27,380 nt of DNA, taken from IMG/VR virus record IMGVR_UViG_3300047290_000095, positions 1 to 27,380 of that record, one strand, 5' to 3'. The notes under the pieces are model-generated. The model searched no databases, was not told the origin of the DNA, and was given only the letters and a program-made list of their open reading frames with translations. Below are positions 12,341-21,672 of this stretch, piece after piece. The stretch's first letter is position 1. Each line of letters begins with the position of its first letter. Source of the DNA: a virus (lineage: Duplodnaviria > Caudoviricetes). A program made the translations under genes and the position numbers.

Positions 12341-14583
12341 CATTGACCTTCCTTCTCTGATAAAGCACGTTGTAAATCTCTTGCCGTTTGGGTTCTGCCG
12401 CCAACAACAGACGAAATAGCTTGTCTGCCACGGCCCAGCAAAGCCGCTACCGCATCGTATCCTGGGTAATCTACACCTTCTGCACGGCTGCGGATGTTGA
12501 GCCTTTGACCCAAGTATCCCAAGTCATACAGTGGGTGAGCAGTGGTTCCAGAGCCGTAACCATACACATTTTTTGCCAAGTAATTACCCAAGCCCTGCAA
12601 GCTCACCTTGCCCTGGGTGATAAATCCCTGCTCAATGCCATCACGCAAAGCAGCCGTAGCCGCATACATGCGGTTTGTTTCCTGTAACTTTTGCAAAGAA
12701 GCCGGGTCATACCTACCCAGACCTTCATCCAGGGCTTTTACAAACTCAGCAGCAGCATTTCTGTCTTCACCGTTGGGCGCATTCCTGGCTAGGCGTTGCA
12801 TATTGCTACGCAGACGTTGCAACTCATCACCTTTGATTTTTGCCAATACACCTTCAGCAATAGCAGGTTCGGCAGCGGCAGACACAGCGCCAGCTTCTGC
12901 GCCGACTTGTTCAATCAAGTCACCACGCCAGTTTGCACGGAAAAATTTGTCTACCTCTGAAACAAGAGGAATGTGACCAACAACACGCTGGTAAATCTTT
13001 TTCCAGCTATCTGCTACTTTTGCAAAGAATTTTTCTACCGTATCAGTAGGAGCCTTGGTTGTCGTAATCCAGCGAGAAGTTTGTTCAGCAAACCACTCAG
13101 AGAAGTCACGCAAATAGCCTTTTTCAAATTTAGTTTGAGGGATGCCTGTCCTGGATTCTTCTGGGTATTTTGCAGCAGTCAGCGGCCTGTGTTGCTCAAC
13201 TGTTTTGACACCCACGGGTATGGAGGCCATCTGGTCATTGAATGCCTTGACAACAGCGTCACGCTGATTTTTGGGAGCGTGAATGAACAATTGAAACTCA
13301 GCTTGGTGACCAAACTCATGCAGTGCAGTAGCTACAGCACCTTCTACGTTTAGCTTGTCATTGATGACGATATTGCCGTCACCAGTTGCCATGCCGTACA
13401 AGCCCTCACGCCTGGGGGCGCTTGCCCAAACCTTGGGTGTTGTTTTCAATCCAAGATTGTCAGACAACTCTTTGATTGTTTTCTCAACGTCACCCATCCA
13501 TACGGGGGCATCTTTGGCAGATGAATCACGAATGGTAGGCCAGTCTTTTTTCAATCTGGTGATTGGTTCAACACCACCACGCTGCTGAGTTTGCATGATG
13601 CGTTTGATGCGGTTTTCAATGTTCTTTTGCTGTGAAGCAATCATTTCTTCATTGAAACGCCGAATGATGTTGTCGGCAGTACGAGTGACTTCTCCCACAC
13701 CAGCGGGGCCAACGGACACTTCAAAATTCTTCATGTCACGAATGGTTTTCACCAAGTCGCTATCAATGGTAAAGCTACGCTCAAATATCTTGTCGTAGTC
13801 TTTACCCAGTTCTTTCATTCTTTCTCCGACAAAAGAAGGCGTGATGTTTTCTGTTTGTTTTCCCGTGGCTTTTGATGCCAGCTCAGTAGCAATTTTTTCG
13901 TTCTTTACTTTTGCAGCTTCAGAAAATCCTGGAGAGGCAAGAGGCCTGTCTTTGCGTAGCTGTGCTGGTTCAAGAATAAAACCTAAATCTTCTGCTTTCT
14001 TTGACAAAGCAGTGATTTCTGGTTGAGTTGTACCAACAGCCATGCGCCCAACAGCGCCAAGTGCTTTCGGCGCTTGCTCTAATGCTTTTACGCCAGCACC
14101 CATGCCAACAACACCGGGCAATCCGGCTTGTTCTGCCAGTTGTCCACCAACATCAGCAGCGGCAAACCCAGCTCCACCAGTCAACATTCTGCTGGTTGCT
14201 GGAGTTGTACCTAGTGCCTTGCCAAGCGCTTGCACACCCCTACCTGCCGCTTTTACAGGGGCATAAGGCACATAGCGCATACCTTTGCCAATTTTTTCGA
14301 GTGCTTTAGGCCCAGCCAAACCAGCGCCAGCACCTAACTCAGCGGCGGTTCCAACACGCCCAACATCAAATTCTTTTTCTTCTGATGGCGGGAAGAATCC
14401 CAAGGCCTCCATTCCGGCAGCGGCGGCCTCTGAACCTTTGCGTACAGCTTCCTTTGTCTCCGGCGTAGACGGTGTAGCACGTTGCTTGGGATAAATCCCA
14501 AACGCAGCACCACCTGTTTCTGGTGTTGGTGTATCCAGAAAACTGGTAGCAGATGGAGAATCAAGAAACTCTGTTGCTTTCAT
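12340..14583 (-). CDS. Large internal virion/ejection-type protein with zincin metallopeptidase domain
   Basis: Last of four large genes after the fibres; Gly/Ala-rich hydrophobic N-region; HEFGH (13306-13320) and EWFAE (13084-13098). Confidence 0.75.
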   Translation of the reverse strand: MKATEFLDSPSATSFLDTPTPETGGAAFGIYPKQRATPSTPETKEAVRKGSEAAAAGMEALGFFPPSEEKEFDVGRVGTAAELGAGAGLAGPKALEKIGKGMRYVPYAPVKAAGRGVQALGKALGTTPATSRMLTGGAGFAAADVGGQLAEQAGLPGVVGMGAGVKALEQAPKALGAVGRMAVGTTQPEITALSKKAEDLGFILEPAQLRKDRPLASPGFSEAAKVKNEKIATELASKATGKQTENITPSFVGERMKELGKDYDKIFERSFTIDSDLVKTIRDMKNFEVSVGPAGVGEVTRTADNIIRRFNEEMIASQQKNIENRIKRIMQTQQRGGVEPITRLKKDWPTIRDSSAKDAPVWMGDVEKTIKELSDNLGLKTTPKVWASAPRREGLYGMATGDGNIVINDKLNVEGAVATALHEFGHQAEFQLFIHAPKNQRDAVVKAFNDQMASIPVGVKTVEQHRPLTAAKYPEESRTGIPQTKFEKGYLRDFSEWFAEQTSRWITTTKAPTDTVEKFFAKVADSWKKIYQRVVGHIPLVSEVDKFFRANWRGDLIEQVGAEAGAVSAAAEPAIAEGVLAKIKGDELQRLRSNMQRLARNAPNGEDRNAAAEFVKALDEGLGRYDPASLQKLQETNRMYAATAALRDGIEQGFITQGKVSLQGLGNYLAKNVYGYGSGTTAHPLYDLGYLGQRLNIRSRAEGVDYPGYDAVAALLGRGRQAISSVVGGRTQTARDLQRALSEKEGQ

Positions 14584-16130
14584 GGCTTGTATCCAAACTG
14601 GTCAACAAGAATAGAAGTAGCTTGCTCTTTGGTTATTTTGCCGCTTTTGTAATCATTCTTTACAGTTTCGGCAGAATCATATTTTGTGGTTGGTGCAGCC
14701 ACAGGTGCTGGAGTTGCTTTTTCAGTGACCAGGCCTTCACTTGATGGCAAAGGTACAACAGCAGGTGTCTGCGCCAGTTTTGAAAACTTGTCAGTAACGG
14801 TTTGCTTCTTGCCACGGTTTGCAGCAATAACATCAGAAACATTGAATGGTATTGCTTTGTTAAGAGCATCCATATATTCTTGCATGTCACGCACATAGCC
14901 TTCATTAGAGCCAGGATGGTTCTTGAATGCTTTTGCAAGAATGCCAAGCTCTTGCTTCATGCGAGACAAGAACATAGCTTGTGCAAGAGCAGAGTCACCA
15001 TATTGGGCAACTTGCTCTTTGTAAGCCTGTATCAAGCCTTTTGATGTTGATGAGGCATAACCACCACCCAGAGCGCGGGCCATGTTTTGGTCAAGACCCG
15101 CAACAATTTGTTGCATCAATCTGCTGTCTTCAGAAGTTACTGCTCTTGCAACAACATTTTCTAACGAACTCAAAAGCGTATTTCCGCTTTGACCCGTCAT
15201 GCCAGCGAATGTTCCAAGAACTGTATTCTTGGGCATTTGAGCAACATTCAACAAGTCTGTTGCGGCTTGGCTGAACGATTCATTGATATTGAATGCGTAC
15301 CTGTCATTGAGTGCGCTAACGCCTTTGCCGCCTTTTGTACTTGGGCCAGCAACCGCTTTGCCTTCAGCTAGTGCAACTCTACGTGCTGCCAGGTCTTCCA
15401 TTCTTTTTTGGTGAGCACGCTTATCTGCATCTGCTTCCAAACGCTTTTGTTCTGCAAACAATTTGTTAGCGGCATCGTATGCTTGTTTGTGATACTCGTA
15501 CAAGCCAGCTATCCCAATCTTGTCAGCCATCTGTTTGTAAAAGTTTGCTCCAGATTGAGCAAAGGCAACATCTGCCGCTTGCCTTGCGGCCTCACGGTCA
15601 GTCTGCGCCAGCGTCATCACATCCTTGAGCTGCTTGTCCAGCATGTCGTATCTGGACTTCAGGTTCTTCATGTTTACATCAAACTTGTCTTTCTCTTTTT
15701 TGTACAAGTCTTGTCTACCCTTTTGGTAGCCTTCCAACATGCCGTTCATAGCGTGCATGGCTTGCATAGAATTTTGCTTGCCGCCTGCACCCAGAGCCAT
15801 GCCAACTACATTAACCAGTGAATACAAGGCAGCAACATCTTTTGCATCATCTTGTGTGGGAATGAATGGCTTATTTGTTTCTTTGAATACTTCTTCTTTC
15901 TGTGCAAACACAGGAGAAGTCTTCACCGCTTGTGTAGCGGCTTCACCAGCTTGCTGATAAGCCTTCTGCCTATCTGCTTCTGCCTGGGTAAGCATTGCCT
16001 TTTCAGCGCCAGCAACTTCTGCCTTTGCTTTTGTTGACTCAGCCAGTTTTTCTTGTGCAGGTTTAACCGTCTGTTCAAATGACGGAGTAATGCTGGCAAG
16101 CTCTTTGAGTGGTTTGGTGACTTCAGCCAT
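14580..16130 (-). CDS. Internal virion/ejection-type protein (helical, ~516 aa)
   Basis: Ala/Lys/Gln coiled-coil composition; position in the ejection cluster. Confidence 0.65.
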   Translation of the reverse strand: MAEVTKPLKELASITPSFEQTVKPAQEKLAESTKAKAEVAGAEKAMLTQAEADRQKAYQQAGEAATQAVKTSPVFAQKEEVFKETNKPFIPTQDDAKDVAALYSLVNVVGMALGAGGKQNSMQAMHAMNGMLEGYQKGRQDLYKKEKDKFDVNMKNLKSRYDMLDKQLKDVMTLAQTDREAARQAADVAFAQSGANFYKQMADKIGIAGLYEYHKQAYDAANKLFAEQKRLEADADKRAHQKRMEDLAARRVALAEGKAVAGPSTKGGKGVSALNDRYAFNINESFSQAATDLLNVAQMPKNTVLGTFAGMTGQSGNTLLSSLENVVARAVTSEDSRLMQQIVAGLDQNMARALGGGYASSTSKGLIQAYKEQVAQYGDSALAQAMFLSRMKQELGILAKAFKNHPGSNEGYVRDMQEYMDALNKAIPFNVSDVIAANRGKKQTVTDKFSKLAQTPAVVPLPSSEGLVTEKATPAPVAAPTTKYDSAETVKNDYKSGKITKEQATSILVDQFGYKP

Positions 16131-17149
16131 CATGCCACCTCTGGTCTTGCAGTGGGTGTGCCAGCAGCAATCCTGGCAATGTTGTTGAAGTATGAAGAGG
16201 TCAACTGGTTAGCGTACTGGTCAGCTTGCATACCCGTGCGGATAGCACCCAGGGCCATCTGGTCACCTATACCTGACAACTTCAGGCCATAGTCGTACTG
16301 CTGTTGCAACAACTGTTGACGCAGAGCTTGCACCTGTGCTTCTGTCTGCTGTGCGCCTACACCGCCTCTGGCTTGTGCGCCCTGTGCAGCTTGTGCCCGT
16401 GCAGCAGCAATAGCTTGCTGGCCTGTAGGAGTGAGTTCACCGCGCTGTGCAGCCGCTTGCAGCTCTTGGCCTTTAGCCTGGTAGGGAGCCGCCACAGCTT
16501 GTATGTCACGCTTGCCAGCCTGACCAGCTTCCCGTGCCTGTGTAGCTTGCTTGCCACCCAGAACAGCTTGTACACCAGTGATTCCCAGCTTTGCTAAGTC
16601 ACCCTTGCTAATACCCAGGGCTTTTGACAATCTGTCAGCAACGCTTTCTTGTGGTTTTGGTGCTTCACCAGTGGGGCCAAGTCTGCCAGCCAGAGTTTGC
16701 AATTCTGGTGTTGTTATGGGTTGTCCAACCTCCGCATACGTGGCAGGTGTCTCCGGCACAGGCGCACCACCAAACTCAGCTTGATAATTTACAGGAGCAT
16801 TTCCAAAAATGGAAATTTCTGGGGGCGGGGGAGCCGAAATCGTTGGAGAAATTTCAGGCGCTGACCCAACAGTTGCCGCTTCCTCTGCTCCACTAGGGCC
16901 AGAATAGGCGGGAGCAGCAGGCTGTTCGTAGGTAAATCCTTCGTTGCCAGCTTCAAATTCGTTCTCAAAAGAGGGCACTCCGGTGTCCGCATGAGGCTTA
17001 CCAGAGCCTCCTTCTGCCTTCAGCAGGGCTGCTTCCTGGGGGGTAATGTAGGCCAGCATGTGCCCTTTAGGGGCTTTTGCCTGCAATAAGGCGGCAATCT
17101 GGCGCACATCTGCGCCAACGGTGGTCATTTTCCTGAGTGCTGAAGCCAT
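16130..17149 (-). CDS. DNA-transfer/ejection-type protein (339 aa)
   Basis: LAYITPQEAALLK..GGSG....TGVPSF N-terminal motif; Gln/Ala-rich C-terminus. Confidence 0.7.
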   Translation of the reverse strand: MASALRKMTTVGADVRQIAALLQAKAPKGHMLAYITPQEAALLKAEGGSGKPHADTGVPSFENEFEAGNEGFTYEQPAAPAYSGPSGAEEAATVGSAPEISPTISAPPPPEISIFGNAPVNYQAEFGGAPVPETPATYAEVGQPITTPELQTLAGRLGPTGEAPKPQESVADRLSKALGISKGDLAKLGITGVQAVLGGKQATQAREAGQAGKRDIQAVAAPYQAKGQELQAAAQRGELTPTGQQAIAAARAQAAQGAQARGGVGAQQTEAQVQALRQQLLQQQYDYGLKLSGIGDQMALGAIRTGMQADQYANQLTSSYFNNIARIAAGTPTARPEVA

Positions 17150-18619
17150 TTACAGTCCTAACGCATCTTTAAGACGCAGTGATTCCTCGTTCCACACATT
17201 CTGGCGAGGCTTACCCGATTTCTTACCCTCAATTTCACCCGCTCCACGGTATCCTGTCAATGCCTGCCCCAGAGTGCTGGTAGGGTAAAACGGAGCCTGT
17301 AGTGTAGTCCCCAAGTTGGTTGTTTGCCGTCCAGAAGTCTTGGGTGCTTTCCCCCCGTAGATAAACAATTCTGGCTTGTACGGCTCTTCTTCAGGAGCAG
17401 GCTCTTCTACCGCTGTTTTGTCTTCTTCAACGGGTGGTTTTGCTTCTTCAGTAACGGGCTTTACAGATGTTTCATCTTTGGGAGTTACCGTTGCATCTGG
17501 AGAAACAATAGATGTGTCTTCTATTGCTGTAGTTTCTGGTTTTGCAGTGACAGTCACTTCTTTCAATGCTGGCTCTGCGCCAATTCCGGTAGCGTCAATC
17601 ACCGCTTTGTCTTGGGGACTGATTGAAGTTTCTGGTGAAATGATGGATGTGTCACCAATGCCAGGAGCTTCTGGTGTTGCAGTCACCAAAGTTTCTGTCA
17701 AAGTAGGAACGTCTGAAACTGTGCCCGTGTCGGCTTCAGCCAATTGTGGGGGTCTGGTCGGCGTTGTTTCTGGACGGCCTAGTTCGCTGGCAACGCCAGT
17801 GACTGCGCCTGCTGTACCGCCTGCAACTGCGCCACCCACAGCAGCGCCGATAGTGCGGCCTGTAGCCATCGTTTCTGCTTGTGCGGCTTCTGTATACAAA
17901 GATGATGCGGTAGACCCGGCAAGAGCCGCAGTCATGTTGCGCTGAATGTCCTCCGCAGAACCACCTGCTGCGGCAGTCTTTAACGCAGATGCGCCAGCAG
18001 ATGTAATGGCATCTGCTACCGCTGGGCTTTTTACAAGAGCGTTAATGTCTTGTGCAACGCTTGGAGCACCCGTGGAAACAACGGCGCTTGTAGTTGCATT
18101 TCCCAGTGCTTGCTCAAGAGGAACACCCTGCGCTGTTTGTGAAGCTGTGCTGGCGATGGCTGTACCTATTGCTGTGGCATACGGGATAGCTGCACCAGTA
18201 ATCACACCAGCAGAAACAAGTGATTGACCAATGGCAGCACCAACGCCGGGAACAAAGAAAGCAGCACCAACTGCCATGGCTTTCTTGGCATCATCAGTGC
18301 TCAGAGCTTTGCTCACGTCAGACACAGCAGACGTAACGGCCTTCTCCACAGGTTGAGCAACTTTTGTCAGCTCACGGCTGATAGCAGTGCTGGGGTCTAT
18401 GCTGGCAAGCGCATTACTTAAACCACCAAAAAATCCACCACTTTGTTGTTGAGGAACATAATCGCCGTAAATTACATTGTATCCAGCCAGCTTCATTTGC
18501 TCGGCTTTTGCAGACTCTAGCCAGTTTGGGCCAAAGCCTCCAATTGGCCCAAGCATTGGATTTCCTTCTTTTACTCCAGCGCCCGTGTAATAAGTGTTTC
18601 CATTAACTATTGTTCCCAT
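17150..18619 (-). CDS. Ejection-type/internal virion protein (489 aa)
   Basis: Ala/Gly-rich hydrophobic middle; Pro/Thr/Glu-rich linker; position. Confidence 0.6.
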   Translation of the reverse strand: MGTIVNGNTYYTGAGVKEGNPMLGPIGGFGPNWLESAKAEQMKLAGYNVIYGDYVPQQQSGGFFGGLSNALASIDPSTAISRELTKVAQPVEKAVTSAVSDVSKALSTDDAKKAMAVGAAFFVPGVGAAIGQSLVSAGVITGAAIPYATAIGTAIASTASQTAQGVPLEQALGNATTSAVVSTGAPSVAQDINALVKSPAVADAITSAGASALKTAAAGGSAEDIQRNMTAALAGSTASSLYTEAAQAETMATGRTIGAAVGGAVAGGTAGAVTGVASELGRPETTPTRPPQLAEADTGTVSDVPTLTETLVTATPEAPGIGDTSIISPETSISPQDKAVIDATGIGAEPALKEVTVTAKPETTAIEDTSIVSPDATVTPKDETSVKPVTEEAKPPVEEDKTAVEEPAPEEEPYKPELFIYGGKAPKTSGRQTTNLGTTLQAPFYPTSTLGQALTGYRGAGEIEGKKSGKPRQNVWNEESLRLKDALGL

Positions 18620-18620
18620 A

Positions 18621-18959
18621 TCACACTCCCAAAGACGATGCTATTTGTTGATGAATGGTCTGGTGAACACCAACCCAGTCATAGAAATCTTCTTCCACAT
18701 TCCAATCACTGTCTAGCAACTGGAAAGGGTTATCCAGGTTCAGAATCGTTGCCAGTGCTTGATGTTCTTGGTTATGCACAAACAACCAGTCATCTAGGTT
18801 TGCAGGGTCTGCATCTGTGATGGGGTACTTCTGGATAAGTATTCCCTGGTCAGCCAGAATCTCGTAGAAGAGCTGGTGCTGCACACCGTTCTCAAACAAG
18901 AACTCCCCGAGGCCATCCTTGTCCCCAAACTTCACATAGGAAAGTGTTTCCATGTTCAT
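18621..18959 (-). CDS. Hypothetical acidic protein (112 aa)
   Basis: ATGA overlap; two W...H...HQ half-repeats. Confidence 0.8.
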   Translation of the reverse strand: MNMETLSYVKFGDKDGLGEFLFENGVQHQLFYEILADQGILIQKYPITDADPANLDDWLFVHNQEHQALATILNLDNPFQLLDSDWNVEEDFYDWVGVHQTIHQQIASSLGV

Positions 18960-19882
18960 TGGGCATAGTACGGCACAAGAACAACCGTAGCGTTGGAGAG
19001 TTGGAATTTCAAATATCCGGCAGGCACAAGAGGCAAGCTGGATGTGGCAAAGGTAGCACTGGTGTTGGTAGCGTTTGTCAGCGACACATTTGCGGTGACA
19101 TTGCCACTGCTCACCGTCACGTTAGCAAGCGTGAGGTTCCCCACAGAACTGGTAGTACCGCCAAGCGTAATGGTTGCATTTCCCAGCGTTGCAGTGCTGT
19201 TTTGCAGGAGAGTGTTTGTGATTGTGCCGTTAGGAATAGCACCTACGACATTGCCTGTGATGCCAGTGATGTTGCCACCAGTGATGGCTACGTTGTTGGC
19301 ATTCTGGGTGGACATAGTGCCCAACCCTGACACGGCAGAGTTGGCAATGGCAATAGTCACATTACCAGCACTGGTGATGCGTCCTTGTGCATCTACGGTT
19401 ATCTGCGAGACAGCAGAGGCATTGCCGTAAGTGCCAGCAGTTACAGCAGTGTTGGCAAGGTTGAGTGTGACATTACCTGTGAGAGCACCACCACCAGACA
19501 TGCCTGTGCCAGCAATGACGTTGACCGTGTTAGGCACAGCGCCTGTGATGTTGGCAACAGGAATGGTTGTAGATGCGGTAACAGGTGTGGTGTTGTTGGC
19601 ATACATGTAGCCTGTCAGACCAGTGACCGTCAGGCTTGTAACTAGGCTGGTGTCTCCACCATCTGCCTTTTGCCAGATGCTACCGTTGAAGATAGCCATA
19701 TCCCCGACACCCCACAAGGTAGTGCCGTTGAGGTTTGTAGAACCAGCTACAGAAACAACATAGTAATCACCCTGCGTACCAACACTAGACACAAGAGTCG
19801 GGTTGTTGGTAGCAGCATCCCATGTGCCCTTATAGTTAAGAGCGCCTATGGCATTGGTGATTGAACTAACTGTTTTTAGCAT
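18956..19882 (-). CDS. Tail fibre-like structural protein (308 aa)
   Basis: YKGTWDA...PTL, GTYG....ITVDAQGRIT and LGTMSTQNAN.VAITGG fibre motifs. Confidence 0.8.
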   Translation of the reverse strand: MLKTVSSITNAIGALNYKGTWDAATNNPTLVSSVGTQGDYYVVSVAGSTNLNGTTLWGVGDMAIFNGSIWQKADGGDTSLVTSLTVTGLTGYMYANNTTPVTASTTIPVANITGAVPNTVNVIAGTGMSGGGALTGNVTLNLANTAVTAGTYGNASAVSQITVDAQGRITSAGNVTIAIANSAVSGLGTMSTQNANNVAITGGNITGITGNVVGAIPNGTITNTLLQNSTATLGNATITLGGTTSSVGNLTLANVTVSSGNVTANVSLTNATNTSATFATSSLPLVPAGYLKFQLSNATVVLVPYYAQ

Positions 19883-20217
19883 TACGAACCGCTACCAGGG
19901 GTAATGTAGACAACCGCAGAGCTAGAGCTTGTGATACCAGTGAAATATGCGTTAGGTGTGAACGACAAGATTTCATCTGTACCCGCAAGCAACGGGATGG
20001 CAGCCGCATTGTTGGTCACTACAGTTGCATTTGCAGTAGCACCAGCAGCAGTGTTACCAACACCCAGAAAGACAGTAACCGTACCAGCATTCAAGATGCG
20101 GTACTGGTTAGAACCTAGTGAGTAGCTGTTGGCTTGCACAGGCGTAGGAGGCGTGGTGATAACTCCTGTGAACGTGACAGTGTTGCCTGTGGGTGTGAAA
20201 GGCGAGTTAATGCTCAT
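19882..20217 (-). CDS. Beta-rich putative virion protein (111 aa)
   Basis: GGAG RBS before ATG 20217; PF.P.G.T...YITPG.G. Confidence 0.75.
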   Translation of the reverse strand: MSINSPFTPTGNTVTFTGVITTPPTPVQANSYSLGSNQYRILNAGTVTVFLGVGNTAAGATANATVVTNNAAAIPLLAGTDEILSFTPNAYFTGITSSSSAVVYITPGSGS

Positions 20218-20250
20218 TGTGAACTCCAAAAAAATTTGGGTGTAACAACA

Positions 20251-20511
20251 TCATGGTTGTGTTACTGGATTTTGTTCATCAACTTGCGCCTGATATGCCG
20301 CAATGACTTCAGCAGTCCAAACAACATTGCATATTTCCGCAACATTGGCAGGATGACCTCTCAGATTTTGACCCGGCACAAGGCTTGTGCGGTGGTAGGT
20401 CTTGCTGAGTTCGTTGCCGTCTTCTATGATGCGTGTAGCTTCACGATACAGAACAACGCCGCTCTCAGTAACGGTGATTTGGTCTACTGCGGTTTCTTTG
20501 GTGATTGCCAT
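20251..20511 (-). CDS. Fibre-associated small protein (assembly chaperone-like)
   Basis: AAGGA RBS; follows the fibre gene; D.I.V...G.V..R....I..DG......HR....PG pattern. Confidence 0.7.
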   Translation of the reverse strand: MAITKETAVDQITVTESGVVLYREATRIIEDGNELSKTYHRTSLVPGQNLRGHPANVAEICNVVWTAEVIAAYQAQVDEQNPVTQP

Positions 20512-20531
20512 AATGATTTCCTTTTGGTTGA

Positions 20532-21671
20532 TTAATCTGTTTGATAGCTAAACATATATCGAATTGATGCACCCGATACACCAAGGTCAGTAGCAGACGC
20601 TACTGCTACCACACCACCTACTTGCGTTACAGATAGAAATATAGGTGTAGTGCTGCTATTAACAAGTAAAAAGTAATAAACTTTACCCGCTACACCTACT
20701 GAATCCAAAGAAAGAGCACCCGAACTTTGGTATGTTGCTGTACTGGTTGAAGCAAATGGCAATCCACCAAACGACAAATCCCCAGTGCCAGTTCCTTTGG
20801 TAAAAGTTAAACGTCCTGTTACTGTTACTAAGTTGCCAACTTTAGTGTAGGCACCAACTGCGCTAGAGGTTGAAGAAGTTCCCGGTGTGGCAAGCGTACA
20901 AGTCGGAGTAAAAGTGCCTTCTTCATAGTCATCCAATGTATTGACATTAGACGATGCTGATTGAGTTGAAGGGAATGCGATACCCGTACCCGTTGCCGTA
21001 GTGCTACCACCTGCCAAGCAAAGGATTGGTGCGCCAGCGTTGAAACGGGCGCGCTCTGTTCCATTGGTAGAAAACACCATCGGCACAGCTTCGCTTCCAT
21101 TAACAAATACTCCCGTGTTATCTGCATAAATAGTTGCAATAGGTGTACCCGCACCAGTGCCACGATAGATTCTGAATCCACCACCAGCAGAACCCCATGC
21201 GCCAATGGTTCCGTAATCAGTTCCAAGCGCACCAACATTACCTTGAGTGCCAACAGTAAAAACACCGTTTACATTGGAAGAAAGTCGAGCGGTGTTGGTG
21301 CTTCCTGTATATAAGTTTACGTCATACGCAGAGGCAGCGTAAAGATTCAATGATGTAGTTGATTTAATGGTTGTGGCAGTGATGTTTCCCGTGATGGTGG
21401 TATTCCCACCGACAGTCTCGTTACCCACAACTACCAGCGTAGAGATGTTTGCAGTTCCACTCACGTTAGCGGTGGTCACAGCTACGTTTGTGATGGTCAC
21501 AGTACCGCTACTGATGGTGACGTTAGCCAACGTCATGTTATTGAGCGTAGTGACAGTATTGCCTAACTGCACCGCCGTGTTACCGATAGTGATTGCAGTA
21601 GCAAAATTGCTGTCCAACTGGGACAGCGGGATAGCAGCGGTTGCAGTGCCAAAAGTATATGGGACAGCCAT
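20532..21671 (-). CDS. Tail fibre/receptor-binding protein (379 aa)
   Basis: IPLSQLDSNF N-terminal anchor; F.TNGTER; TLDDYEEGTFTP; YTKVGNLVTV...GLPF C-terminal motifs. Confidence 0.85.
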   Translation of the reverse strand: MAVPYTFGTATAAIPLSQLDSNFATAITIGNTAVQLGNTVTTLNNMTLANVTISSGTVTITNVAVTTANVSGTANISTLVVVGNETVGGNTTITGNITATTIKSTTSLNLYAASAYDVNLYTGSTNTARLSSNVNGVFTVGTQGNVGALGTDYGTIGAWGSAGGGFRIYRGTGAGTPIATIYADNTGVFVNGSEAVPMVFSTNGTERARFNAGAPILCLAGGSTTATGTGIAFPSTQSASSNVNTLDDYEEGTFTPTCTLATPGTSSTSSAVGAYTKVGNLVTVTGRLTFTKGTGTGDLSFGGLPFASTSTATYQSSGALSLDSVGVAGKVYYFLLVNSSTTPIFLSVTQVGGVVAVASATDLGVSGASIRYMFSYQTD

Positions 21672-21672
21672 G

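Noticed and set aside
17376-18227. Long + strand ORFs opposite the 489-aa gene
   Set aside because: Antisense shadows of Ala/Thr/Gly-rich codons; no RBS or protein motifs.
20218-20250. T7 run on the - strand as an intrinsic terminator
   Set aside because: There is no GC-rich stem before the T run, and it abuts the next RBS.
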